From contig NW_005434604.1 of the NCBI RefSeq assembly GCF_000315625.1, forward strand, positions 1-64,000: DNA of 64,000 nt, given 5' to 3'. Below are positions 1 to 12,700 of the stretch, piece by piece. How positions within the stretch are numbered: position 1 is the first letter of the stretch; the number at the start of each line of letters is the position of its first letter. A program made the position numbers and the translations under genes. This stretch comes from Guillardia theta CCMP2712 (taxonomy: Eukaryota; Protista; Cryptophyta). A model generated the notes under the pieces. The model saw only the letters and a program-made list of their open reading frames with translations, was not told where the DNA came from and made no database searches.

Positions 1-2985
1 TCGCTGCCTCCTCCTCCTCGGCTGCCTTCCTCGCTGTATCTTCTCCGTCTGCTGCGGCAGCCTCCAACATCGTCGGCCGCCTTCCTCGCTGCCTCCTCCT
101 CCTCGGCTGCCTTCCTCGCTGCCTCCTCATCTGCTGCTTTTTGTTTGTTCTTTCGGTCTGTCTTTCCGAGCTCAATCTTGTCTTGGAGCTCTCTCAGCAT
201 TTCTCTCTTGTCCTGCCTTGCCTGCTCAAAGGCGTTTTTCGCCTCCTTCAGCGACTCCTCTGCCTCCTCAAGCAGTCCGGCCTCCACGTTCATCTCCGCC
301 TCCTTCAGCTTTGACTTCCCAACTTTCTGATATCGCTCTGCAGTCACGACCTCTTCCTCCAGCCCCTTCAGCTCCTCGTCCACCTGCAGCCCAGCAAGCT
401 GTGAGCATTTCCTCGCTTCGATCAGAGCCGAGCGGGCGTCCAGCAGGTCTCCGCTCTCGAGACAAGACCTTATCTTGAGTTTCTCAGCTCCGGCCCTCTG
501 CAGGAGGTCGACGAGCTCGTGGATCCGTGACTTGAGCGACCTGAGCTCATGTCCCATCGGGATGCCGTGCTGAGCGCACAGACCCTCCGCCTCCTTGAAG
601 CTTTTCTCAGCTTCCTCCAGCTCGAAGCTCTTCATCCTCTCCTCTGCCTGCATCACCAGCTCCCTCACTGCCTCCTCAGCCTCCACTTGCAGAAGCTTCT
701 GTTGCATCCTCCGCTCCAGGCCTTGGAACCTCGACAAGATGTCGTCATCCTCGCTCCTGATCCTCTCGTATGCCGTCGGGAACATCTCTCTCAGCTCCTC
801 CAGCCTGCTGTCTTCGAACTTCTCCTCCATCTCACTGTACAGGCTGTTGATCTCGTCGAGATACTTCTTCCTCATGATCTGCAGTGCGCAGGTCAGAACG
901 CTACTGCCAGCACACAAGGGGTCGCTACCTCTGCCTGCCGCTTCTCCTGCTCCGCTCGCCTCCCCTCGACGATCTTCTCCATCAGCTCGGAAAGGCCAGG
1001 AGGGACGGGCAGGGACAGGTCCGCGTATACAGCAGCTGCAGACTGCGACACACGAGCTGCTTCCTCCCACTCACGATCGTCCAGGAGGACCCCAGCTTGT
1101 TCGGCGAGGCTTTCAGCTCTTGCCAACAACTCCGCTGTCAACTTCGCCTGCTCCCCCTCCTCGATACTCAACAGGATCTCAGGGATCGCCGCGCTCTCCT
1201 CCATGCAGATGCTCCCGTAGCTCTGAGCCGCATCCGACACGAACCTGCGAGCTGATGAGAAGTCTCCGTTGTCGCAGGAGGAGATCGCGTTCTTCTCCGC
1301 CCACATTGCTCGCTCCAGCACCTCCTGACGGAAGTTCTCTACCTCCTGAATCCTCTCCCTGTATCGCGCCAGCCTCTCCTCCTCCCGGATGAAGGAGGAG
1401 GAGGAGGAGAGGTCGCTTGCTGCCTCCAGGCTCCTCCTCGCCTTCTCCATCGCGAACCTCTCGATCGACTCGTCAACCTCCCGCAGCAGGACAGTGAAGT
1501 CCTCCATCAGCCTCTGCCTCCTCGTAGTCTCCTCGTCAATTTGTCGCTGCATGTTCTCAAGCTTCCCTGCCATGCCCATGGCCGTCTCCGAGGACAGGTA
1601 GGAGATGTTCTCGTGGACCCGGCGGGCCTGCTGTAACTTGATCTGACTCGAGTGGAGGTCCTTAGCGGCGAACAGATCCCTCGACTGACCGAGAAGCTCT
1701 TGGAACTCAACTTCGAAGAACTTGAGCTTCGACTCTGATTCTCTCCTTCTCTCGATCTCGTACGCTATCGCCTCAATCATCTTCCTCTTGTCTATCCCGA
1801 CCCTGATGTACTCGCGCTTGGCCCTCTGCAGAGCCTTCTGGGCAGCCTGGAAGTCACCTTCGGCTATCCTAGCCTTGCAAGCTGCAATGGCTTCATCTCC
1901 TTCCGCACATGAGCTCACATTTGCATCCTCTGACGAGATTTCTGAGTTGACCTGCAACGAAATCAAAAACACGAGCAGTCCAGAAAAGCTGAACCTGGGC
2001 ATCGGTCAGGACAGATAGAGAATGCTTTTCATCCTTGATCTTTTGCCGCAGATGCTTTATGCTCTCCTCCAACCTGTCTTCCCATCCTGTCGACTCACCA
2101 ACAAGCATGTCCTTGAACCTCTCTTCTGGATCTTTCAGTTCTGGAACAAAGGATTCAGCGTTGAGCCCGTTCTATCAGCAAGTCTCTGTGCTTACCAAGT
2201 CTCGGATCATTGACTTTGAAATAGCAAAATTTGCTCAGGGATGATATTTCTTTCAACGCTTTCCTCTCGGTGTTTGTAAACGCTGGACAACAAAGAGTCA
2301 AACCCGGACCAACAACAGACACATTCCCGATGGAAAACAACAATCAAGAACACCACAGGAATGATCAAGACATCAAGACCCATCATGGGATGGGCCCATC
2401 CTCAACATCAACATCAGTCAATCCACATCCTATCGTCTCCAGACAAAGGGTGCTGGGAGGCGTACCTAGTTTAGAACCCCCCACCTCCTTTCCATGCCCT
2501 GAATGATCCCCGGCCACGTCATGGCCGTGACCGAACGTTGACTTCTTCCTCCTCGAGCCCTTGTGCTTCTTTCCTCTGTCCTCCGCGTGCGGCACCGACT
2601 TGCTCGTCGAGGAGACCCACGAGTTCTTCCTGTGCTCAACCTGATCTCCGTACACGCCCTCCGACTTGGATCGCAACTCGGGGTCAGTGTTTGAGAGGAA
2701 GCGCTCTCGCTCGGCTCCTGGGGAGCGACTTCCACCCGTCCTGGACATCCCCTTGCTGAATCCTATCTCTGAAGTACATCGAGGAAGGGATGTGACAGAC
2801 AGCGACTTGGAGGTAGGGCTTTCAGCTGATGGAGACTTGGTAATCATCGGCAGCACAACCGTTGGGTGCGACATCGCGCTGATTTTTCGCCCGTTCCTTG
2901 TGAAAAGCATCAGATCTGAGCAAGATCGACGCCAAACTGTCCAACTTTTGAGGAGTGGTTGGTGACATGTTGGCAGCAAGGGCAA
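1..2985 (-). CDS. Large multi-exon alpha-helical/coiled-coil hypothetical protein; continues beyond window start
   Basis: Minus-strand ORFs 2383-2985, 2155-2343, 1893-2108 and 893-2002 appear joined by short introns. E/K/A/R-rich helical segments (AIAACKARIAEGDFQAAQKALQRAKREY) and EEEAARK-type repeats at 1-140. Start approximate. Confidence 0.65.
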
Positions 2986-3799
2986 CGCATATTGCTACAT
3001 GCTAACAATCCTCGACAAATCAGTAAGGATCGATTTGATTTCTGGTATTGCAACACGACAACAACTAGAACAAAGAAACAACTTGATTTAACTCTCGGAT
3101 TCAGTCGCTGCCTTTCTCTCATTCCTCTTCCTCCCGCTCCCATTTGCACACAGGGAACCGAAAAGGAAAATCCTGCTTTCATATCATCTACAGTGTTCTG
3201 ACCTCTGTACCCCACCTGCGCTGCTGAAACCAACTGGCAACTCCATCATGGCATCTCGACATCAACAAACTCTCTCCTCTTGTTTACTCTCAATCTCCGC
3301 ATCCAACCATCCCTCTCCCTCCCTTCCCGCCGCTCCTCCCACCACCATCACGTCAACCGCTAGTCAAACTTCTGTACCATACCCCACCCCCCCTTTCCTC
3401 CAAATGGATCACATTCACCCCGCTTTTTACTTTGGAGTACCCACCCCTTTGTATACTTAAGTCACCATCACCCCCTCATCCTCACCCACCCCACCCTATC
3501 ACTCAGTGAGACAAACTTATCCGAGGACCAACTCCTTGACGCCCGTCGTACTACAAGAAGGACCCCCACCCCTCCTCTGTACCCCTAGGCCTGCTTCGTA
3601 CCCTGCCCCCATCATGTTTCCAAAACATCACCCCTCCCATCTACCAAACTTTAATACAAAAGCCACCCTACTCTACCACTATGTAATGTAGTACCCTACC
3701 CCCTCCTGGGACCAACTGCGTATGACCCCACAACCTACTAGGGTTGACGCCAACTTGGCCGCCAGCAGAAATGTTCTCTCAACTAAGTTGAGTAAAACT

Positions 3800-4230
3800 T
3801 CGGCCTGTCAGTTCCGAGCCCGGGCCCCCGGCTAGCCCGGCGGCCCCCCGAAGACCGGGTTCAAAACCTGGCCCGGAATTGACCGTACTGTACAGCAGTC
3901 GGCAGGATTAGCCTCGTTTGGTTCTCCGGCGCTGTCTTTTCTCTTCTCGCCGCCGCCGACGGTGTCACCCGGCCTGTGCGCCGTGACGGCAGCGTGACTG
4001 AGTGAGCGGGGAGCCTCCGTTCAACGGTTTGAGCGGCCCGGCGGCCGCGGCCTCAGTAGGCGCCCGGCCCGGGCTCACTGGCAGTCGGCTGGCCCCAAGT
4101 CAGCCCTGCCCGGGGCTGCCGCGACTTTACTCAAAGTTCAGTACTTACTCTCGGCCCTAAGTTTCACTGGGCCCGGTGACCGGCCCTCAGTCGCGGGGCC
4201 AGCGGCCGGACTGCCAGGCCCACCCTCCGT
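3800..4230. promoter_or_regulatory. CCGG/GGCC-rich GC island in a divergent intergenic region
   Basis: Dense CCGG, CCCGGG and GGCC words with no credible ORF, between the 5' ends of a minus gene and a plus gene. Confidence 0.5.
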
Positions 4231-4253
4231 AGGCAGTGGTCCGTAGGTTCGTC

Positions 4254-5989
4254 ATGTTGCTGCCGGGCAGCCGCTGCGGCATGGAGGCTGACAGTGAGAG
4301 GAAGATGAGTTGGACTGAGAGGACGATGATGAAATGGTCAGAAAGAATCAATAAACCGGGGGAGGAAGGGTGGTATGGCAGAAAGAGGAGATACGTTCGG
4401 CATGTGTTACGCCTGAAGTTGATATACGTCTTCTCCCATTTGCTGTGTTGATTCTGGATTGACTTGATGTCTGCAGTCTGGTACGCCGGAGCTTGTATCC
4501 TGAGAGTGCGAGAGGTGTTGAGATGTGAACCCGTCTCATGAGTTTCAGACAATCAGCATGGGGCAGAACTGAAGGCGACAAGTTCATGACCATGAGCTGA
4601 GGTTGTGCTGAGGTTGTCGTCTCAAGAGCGAGTAGGCCGCAAGCATGCACATGTTTGCCTTCAGCAGCTACTCCGAGCTCCTCGACGCGCAGGAGCTCGC
4701 GGAACAGCTCGTGAGCGATGCGATGGATCCGATCTACGAGGCCCTGGACCAGGAGGATGAGGACGGATGGGCAGCCCTGAGGAGCATGATAGTTTCGCGC
4801 GGAGTGTACGAGGAGGTCTGCAAGGAAGTGCTTCAGGACATCGTCACGATCTGCGCCGAGAGCGTCGAGGCTGACGAGGAAAGGAAGGCAAGTCAGCGGC
4901 GAGGCAGGGCAGGGAGACTCTCGGGTATGCAATCGGCCTCGATGCGGAGGAGTTCGGAGAGGAACGAGAAGAAGAAGGTGAGGTGGAGGAGGAGCTAGGG
5001 GGGGGGGGGGGGCGCTCTCGAAGCATTTGGAGTACAAAGTATGGCATATCTGCCTCCTTGAACCTCGCTCCTCATGGTGCACCCGGACTTTGCCAGGAAG
5101 GAACTGCTCCCAGCGAAANNNNNNNNNNNNNNNNNNNNNNNNNNNNNNNNNNNNNNNNNNNNNNNNNNNNNNNNNNNNNNNNNNNNNNNNNNNNNNNNNN
5201 NNNNNNNNNNNNNNNNNNTACGGTACGGTACGGTACGGTACGGTACGGTACGGTACGGTACGGTACGGTACGGTACGGTACGGACGGAGGAGAGAGAGAG
5301 AGAGAGAGCGCGCGGGCGGGCGAGGGGGGGGGGGTGGAGGAGGAGCTGGGAGGGAACAAGCACTGACGTGTCGGTCAGAGCACCGCGTCCATCGACTACT
5401 CGCTGCGCCGGCTGAGGTAAGTTATCCGCCCTCCAAGAGCTCCTTCCCCTCCTCGTTCTCACCTGGTGTGACTGGGCCCACCAGCACCACCCGGTCAGCC
5501 AGCACGGCGAGCAGGTGAGGCTCGAAGGGGATCGCTCCTTCTGACAGAAGGTCAGGCCGAGGACAAGCGGCAAGTCAAGATCCACCAATGTGGACACAGT
5601 GCACGCTAAGGCCATCGATCACAGCAAGCGGATGGACTACTACAACCAGTACAAGGTTGAGTCAGTTGTCGGCGTCCTCGCGCTGAGTTTGCGCAGGCGA
5701 CGAGAAGTCGGCCGTCGGCTGAGCAACAGGCTGCGGACGAGAAGACAGCGGTTCTTCGGAAGCTCTACGGCGGCAGGCAAGACAAGAAATCCACTGACTT
5801 GATTGATTATTATCTCTGTAATTTGATCGTTCGTGTTCAGTTCGCTTCCAGTATTGTACAAGTACGAGGACGGGCACATGCAGCGCTTGCGACTTACTAT
5901 GAGCCCCGTGAAGACTTCGCAAGCAGCGCAGCAACGAAGAGACTCGCTCCCCAAGGTGCTGAGGAATGAGGAAAGAGAGAGAAAGTGAG
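4254..5989 (+). CDS. Multi-exon hypothetical protein, interrupted by an assembly gap
   Basis: Coding-like exons YSELLDAQELAEQLVSDAMDPIYEAL... (about 4668-4977), HAKAIDHSKRMDYYNQYK, and final exon VLYKYEDGHMQRLRLTMSPVKT...RERK*. Confidence 0.5.
5119..5218. other. Assembly gap (100 N)
   Basis: Run of N. Confidence 1.
5219..5283. repeat. (TACGG)n pentanucleotide microsatellite
   Basis: About 13 perfect copies abutting the gap. Confidence 0.95.
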
Positions 5990-5997
5990 ATAGGACG

Positions 5998-6737
5998 CTA
6001 CCGGCTCCCTTGTCCTCCGTAGAGTATGCAGTGCCTACGAGGGGGGTCAGAAAGGAGGAAGATAGAAATGGTTTGATACACCTCGTCTGGTTGAGAGCCC
6101 TCCTGTACTCTTGATTCTGCAACTGCAACAGATTGAATTTCTCTTGCAAGAGCTGCCAACTCGTCGTCAGACCCTCTCTCCTCCTCTTCCTCCTTCTCCT
6201 CCTCGCCCCCTCTACCTGGATCTCCTGCGTCAAGAAATGTTGATAATTCTCCAGTATATCCGTCAGGCCGGACTTCTGCCCAGTAGCTCAGCAACAGGGA
6301 GTAGAAACATCTCAAGAGACCTCTAAGTATCTCTGCCACGACGAGGAGTCAGTACTAGAGAAGTTCGGGTCTGTTCCCGCCACTGATCTCGGGACCACGT
6401 TGCCCTCGAACACGGTGATCTCACAGAACTGTTGGATCCGTAGCCGGAGGTTGCGAGACAGGAGCTTCTGTGCGAAGCCCCCGCTGTCGCTGAACTTGAG
6501 CGACAGCGTCTGGAAGTGGAGGGAGAAGTTGCCGACACAGTCGTCGACCAGCTGTTCGTGTGAGATGGCGAAGACGTCAGGGTCGTCCTTGGGCTCGGTG
6601 GTGGATACTTGAGGGTAGACTATCTTGCTCCTTGTGCGCGTCTTGAAGTAGACGATCATCAGCACGCATATCAGCAAGCACGTAAAGATCCAGACGGCTG
6701 ATGAAGGACGCAGAGTCGTCAAGAGACGTGACAACAT
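5998..6737 (-). CDS. Hypothetical protein with N-terminal membrane anchor
   Basis: ORF 6312-6737 begins MLSRLLTTLRPSSAVWIFTCLLICVLMIVYFK; the overlapping ORF 5998-6339 probably supplies a later exon. Confidence 0.45.
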
Positions 6738-6853
6738 GGGGCATGTTCACCTCGACAGAAGGGAAAGAGCAACGACTGTTCGGGTTCTTGCACGGAGCTG
6801 CAAAGTCGCATCGTCAAACGTCCTGATGAGAAGGTGCAAGAAATGGGATATCA

Positions 6854-8540
6854 TCACCTCGTAGCGCTTGCTTCAGAATTTTGCTTCGCAAGGACCAGCA
6901 CAGGCGGTTGTTCCTCGTGTCTCGTTCTTGAATCCCCCTCCTTCCGTGCGTTCTCCGCTTCTGCTGCCTTCCGCTCTGCATCCTCCTCCGCTTTCTTCCT
7001 TCTATCCTCTTCTTCCAATTTCCTCCTCTTCTCCATTTCTTCTGTCTTCCTCTCCTCTTCTTCTGCTTTCCTCCTTCTGTCCTCTTCTTCTGCTTTCCTC
7101 CTTCTCTCCTCTTCTTCTGCCTTCTTCCTCTTCTCCTCTTCAGCCGTTTTCCTCCTCTCCCCCTCCTCAGCGATCTTCCTCCTCGCTTCTTCTTCCTCCT
7201 GCCTCTTCCTCCCCTTCTCTTCTTCCTCCGCCCTGCCGCTCTCAACCGACAGCTGCGAGATGGCGGTCCTGCACAGCCGTAGAGCTGATTCGAACTCATC
7301 CCTCAGCTCCTCTCCACTCGCGGGCTGCTCCTCATGCAGCCGACCAGAGTCCCGCGACACGTTCGACCCCCAGCTGCCTCTGATCTCGCCCGACTGACTC
7401 GAGCTCCCTCCGTCCTGCTGCGGGAATGCCGCCTGCTTCAGGCTGCCCGTCCTCGTCTGGAGATTCAGCGGAATGAGGGGAACACAAGGGCAAACTCTTG
7501 AGGCCTCACCTGCTCCCCGGAAGTGGGACTTCCATCCTGTCTGTTCCTCCTCCACGCACTGAGGATGTCTGGAAGCCGGCAGGCATCACAGGGGGCAGGC
7601 GGAGCCGCAGCTGCTCTACCTTGATAGGCACTCTCCTGGAAGACAAACGACTTGAACAAGTACTCCTTTTGATCTGCCAATCACGGTCAGCAACATGTCC
7701 GAACCCGACCCCGAGGACCCAAGAACCCACAGCCATGGCCCGTCCTTGTGTGACGTCACATAGAAGCACTTGCCTGTTGACACGCTGATGCCCTCCGGGG
7801 CTCCCTTGGTCGACACATTCTGCGGAAGCAACTCAGGGCCCGATGGCAGTGCAGCCCTGCTCTACCGCATGGACATCGGTGATCCTCTCGTAAGGGATGG
7901 TGAAGATCGACTTGTCATGGGCTCGTCGTGAGATGAAGATCAGCGAGTTCGTCGCAAGTCTTATCCTCCCCTGCGTCAACTTGCCCGTCCGCTTCCTCTG
8001 CACGCACTTCACCTCCAACTCTACAACCAGCTGCAGCAGGGCAGCACAGGGCACCTCATAGACGCAGGCCACGTCGTTGTCGAGCACGTCGTCGTACCAC
8101 TGACTCAAATCACGATGCGCTGCGCTGCCCGCAATGCTTGAGCTGCTGCTGCAGTCAGAAGTCAGACAGGCCAGTCTAAGAGTACAGTGAAGAGGGGAAA
8201 GGGGACTCAAGGGAACTTGAACTACTGGGCAGATATTACGAAAGTGAGGAGCCGTGTTATGGTGGAAGCCATGATGAAAGGTGAGATGTGTATCATTCAA
8301 GATTAGAAGAGAAAGACGAGGGTATTGACATGATTTTCTGGCTGGCGTTATCCCAAACGAATCGTGGCTGCAGTGATTTCCTGCGCTTCGGGGCAGATGC
8401 TGATGAGCATGAAGCATGGAAAACGACATTGAGGCGAAGAAAACACTGGAAGAATGTTGTTGAATGATGTGTGATGTGTTTTCGGGTGCTTTGCCTTGAT
8501 CAAGCTGTCGAAATTTTCGATAGATGCAGGACTTGCACAT
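6854..8540 (-). CDS. GRAM-domain (PH-like) protein with C-terminal charged coiled coil, multi-exon
   Basis: EVKCVQRKRTGKLTQGRIRLATNSLIFISRRAHDKSIFTIPYERITDV...EYLFKSFVFQESAY fits the GRAM pattern; E/K/R-rich repeats (AEEEERRRK) at 6900-7230. Start uncertain. Confidence 0.65.
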
Positions 8541-8939
8541 ATGTCACAAAGAGGCTCTGGGAGAGGGGCAAGAGCAAGCCACAAGATGATAGAGACCGTG
8601 ATGGTGGAGAAGCATGTGGAGAAGAGACGTGGAAAGAGTTCTCATGGGCATTTGCTTGTCGCTACCTCGGCTCCTCCGCCATGTCGTCCTTGCCTTCTCA
8701 GTCTCCTCTGCCTTCCCGCAGAGCCATGCTGATAAAGTAAGCAGTCGGGAGTTTGGAGTGGACATAGTGGGGTAGGGTACTCTGAAAGAGCCTAGATCTG
8801 ATACAAGGGTGGGTATTCCAAATATATCTTTGATGGGATATGGGGGGTCAGAGGCTGATGCTGGACGCAAAACGTTCTTTCCGATCGTCGGGGTAGTAGA
8901 CATTGGTGGGGTAGGGTGGTAAAAATGTCTGCGAGGCGG

Positions 8940-9300
8940 GCTTGACAACTTTTCAAGTGAGTCCGGCGGGCCCGGCGGGGGCCCGGGGCCGCCCGGCGCC
9001 GACCGTCTCACTGACAGCCATCCGACGGCGAGCCGCCGGGGCCAGGCCCGAGGCCCGGGAGCGCCCGGCACGTCTCGGCACCCGGTTGGGCCCCAGGCTG
9101 AGCCCTGCGCTGCAGCAATCAAGCCCGGTGCTGGCCGCTGACTTAATTCCTGGCCGCCGATGATTCCCCGGCGGGCCGGGCCCCGGCGGCGGGACTCCGG
9201 GACCGGGTCACGTTCACTCCGATCCGACTATCGGAAGCCGGCGGCAATTTCAAAAGTTTGAAACTTTTTTAAACTTTAGAGCGGCTGAAACTTCGGGAAC
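8940..9300. promoter_or_regulatory. CCGG-rich GC island plus TTTCAAA-AG-TTTGAAA inverted motif in a divergent promoter
   Basis: Same word composition as 3800-4230; lies between the GRAM gene (-) and the GBP gene (+). Confidence 0.5.
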
Positions 9301-9758
9301 GCTGAGTTGTGACTGGACTGCAGGCAAAAGGACCGGTGGTACTCCAGTCCTTTCCTGTAAAATGGGGGTGGGGTGACATATCTCTCTCATATGCACCCCT
9401 TCCTTTCAAAGTATAAAGTGGGGTAATGGGTGCAATAGTAGGGTACGAATTGACGATGGTGGGTAGGGTATAACCTAGGTAGGCCTGCTAGCAATGGGAT
9501 GGAAGGTAGAGGAGGACGAAGCGAACTAAAAGCAGGAGGAAAGAGAGAGAGAGAAGAGACGTAGAGACAGAGACAGAGAGAGGGGGAGGAGGAGAGCAAG
9601 AGCAAGATCAAGAGCGAAAGAGGGAAGCTGAAGCCTTGATGGCGATACTCGAGGCTGGATGATGCTATGCGTGATATTTCAATGAGGGATGGGTGAAAGT
9701 AGTCTGACGGGGGAAACTGCCAAGAGCAAGTGAGCAAGCAGTTGAAACCTGATCCACG

Positions 9759-12700
9759 ATGAGGTCATGCACCAGTTGTCGCACAAGGGGCACATGGATC
9801 CTGCGGCCAATCATCCTAGTTCTGTTTGTCCGTATGCTGCGGTGCGACATTCCTTCACTGGATGCCAACCAGCCATGCGCGCCTCCCACTCCTGCTCTGC
9901 CGCTCCTGCGATGGAATCTCGGGCCGGACAAGTCGAGAGTGCTGAGAATCCAGAGTGTGAACGAGACGTTGAACGTGCTGTCGGAGCTGGAGGGCGAAGT
10001 CGTGGTGGTGTCAATCGTGGGGCCATACCGTACAGGGAAATCCTTCTTGCTGAATCAGCTCGTCCCACACGAGCCGGGGAACCTGACATTCAAGGTCGGG
10101 GACACTATCAAGCCTGAGACGGAGGAGGTCACGCTCGTTATCATCCCCCCCTGTGCCTCACAGGGCCGGTACCGGCACCATGTGTTCCTCGACACCCCTG
10201 GGCTGTTCGCTCCCAACCGCGCGTCGATCTTCGATGCCCAGCTGCTGGCGGTCCTGAACCTCGTCAGCAACGTGGTGCTGTACAACAGTGTTGGAGTGAT
10301 CGACCGGGCCGCCGTCGAGAAGCTCTCGTTCGCCGTCGAGACAGCGTTTGCAATGAGTTACTTTGAGGAGCAGGACAAGGCCGACAAGATCTCCCGGCCG
10401 CATCTTGTCTGGGTGGTGCAGAACTTCCACCTGGACATGTCCTTGGATGGGACCAAGATCGACGGGAACAGCTGGATCAACAAGCTGCTGACGCAGGTCG
10501 ACGACAGCAACAACGGCACCTCGAAGATTTCTCAACAGTTCCACACTTTCTTCTCGTCGCTGGATGCTGTCGTCCTGCCGTTCCCAGTGGACAAGGTGAG
10601 ATGGCTGCCCTCGATCACGCGTGGAGGCATGCTGAAGTGTTGTCCCAGGTGGAGGACATGAAGTATCTGAGTCAGGTGCGGAGAACCGTTGTTGAATAGC
10701 GCGATTGGTGCCTGACAAGCATCTGTGATGAACGCAGTTGCCTGCCTCTGCATACACGAAGGACTATCACAAGTCGATTGACTACCTGCTGATGAAGATC
10801 AGGAGGTTGTCATGCCCTCGTTGCCACTAGCCCTGCGGGTCTGAGCTATGGCGTGCAGTGTAGCAGGGCCCAAGGTGCTGGGGTCGGTGAAGATGACGGG
10901 GAGCTCGCTGGCAAACCTCATCTGGAAGGTAAGGAGGAGGACGAGAGGGGGAGTGAAGTAGCGGTGAAGCCATGCAAGTGGTCAGAGACTATCAACATGC
11001 CGATCGCGAGCTTCAAGGCCAACTCAGCCCAGGATCTTCTAGATCACATCTTGTACCAGGTGCGTCCACGGGCCCCGGGGTCGGGCGGTGGAGGTGACGC
11101 ATGCTGCAGGAGGTGAAGAAGGCGAGTCTCAAGTACACGGACGTCATGCGGAGGAGCGTGGTGCACCCGTCTTCCAGGGACTTGATCCTTTCGGTTCACA
11201 GGAGATTGATCGATCGCCTCGCTGGGTGGATGCTGGCATCCTTTTTCAGTCCTGATGGAGCTGCAGGAACGGGCCAGGGAGGGTGAGGGAGCTGGTGGAG
11301 GCTGCGGTTCACCCGGTTCTCGAGGACCATCTCCTGGCTGCTCGGAGGTTCGTGGAGAATCGCTTCCAGAGGATCACGCAGGTAAGCGGAAAGAGAAAGT
11401 GCAAGGGAGAAAGTGGAGGATAGAATGGAAGGAGGAGGGAGGGAGGGAGGGAGGGAGGGAGGGAGGGAGGGAGGGAGGGAGGGAGGGAGGGAGGGAGGGA
11501 GGGAGGGAGGGAGGGAGGGAGGGAGGGAGGGAGGGAGGTAGGNNNNNNNNNNNNNNNNNNNNNNNNNNNNNNNNNNNNNNNNNNNNNNNNNNNNNNNNNN
11601 NNNNNNNNNNNNNNNNNNNNNNNNNNNNNNNNNNNNNNNNNNCTCCCCTCCCTCCCCTCCCTCCCCTCCCTCCCCTCCCCTCCCCTCCCTTCCCCTTCTG
11701 ACCCCCTCCGCTCGCTCCTTCCTGGTCCTCCCGTCTGTTGACGAGCACGATCCTCCCAGATCCTAGAGAACCTGCACTCGGAGACGATCAACTTGTCCAA
11801 CGGTCAGCCAGAGCTGCCCAGCCCGAGTCTCCATGACGTGAACTTGCCGACAGTCGAGAAGGAGGAGGCTATCAGGGAATGTGCAGAAGAGGCCCATCAG
11901 TCCGTCGGCAACATCCTCAACAACCAGACCAACGTGTTCCTACCGCAGACCCTGGTCCTCCTCCTACCTCCCTAGCTCTCCGCACGACCCCGCTGACTGG
12001 TTTGACAGGAACTGTTGACTGCGGAGGCCAACAGGAAGGTCGCCAGGAGGATCCGATCCTACCGCACGAGCCGCAAGGCATTCCCGGCCATCTCGTCTCG
12101 TTGCAAGTCGCTGACGTCGGGCCCGCCTCCTCGTGCGCGCAGGCTGTCAAACTTTTCCTTCAATGCCTGAGAAAGCTGCGGGTCAGAACCGCTTTCCTCG
12201 TTGCCTTCCTCCTGCCCCCCTCCCTCCTCCCCTCCCCTCCCTCCCTCCCTGTCCCCCTTCCTCCCCCTCCCTCACCCACCCTCCCCCTCGTCCTCTTCCT
12301 CCTCTTCCTCCTCTTCCTCCTCCTCGTCCCCCCTCCCCTCCTCTTCCTCCTCCTCGTCCCCCCCCTCCTCCTCGCATCGCCTACCTCTCACTTGGGTCGT
12401 CTCAGTTCCCCACGGAAACCGAGCTGATCGACAAGTGCGCAGCTGAAGCCATCGAGATCTGCAAGGAGGCAGAGGTGGTTGTTGAGGTCAAGTAGCCCGT
12501 CGACTCACAGGAGTTTGGTAGGAATTTATCTCTTGCAACGCGGACGAAGAAATCAAGAGGATGCAGAAGCGCGTGGAGGTGATTGGAAGAGGAGGAAAGG
12601 AGGGGAGGGATAGAGAGAGATGGAGAGAGGAAGGGAGGGAGGAGGAAGGGAGGGAAGTGGAAGGGAGGTGGAGGGGATGTTGAAGATTGAGCGACTTTGA

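Noticed and set aside
5219-5283. (TACGG)n as a possible interstitial telomere
   Set aside because: Does not match a telomere repeat I can support; appears intronic and next to a gap, so treated as a microsatellite
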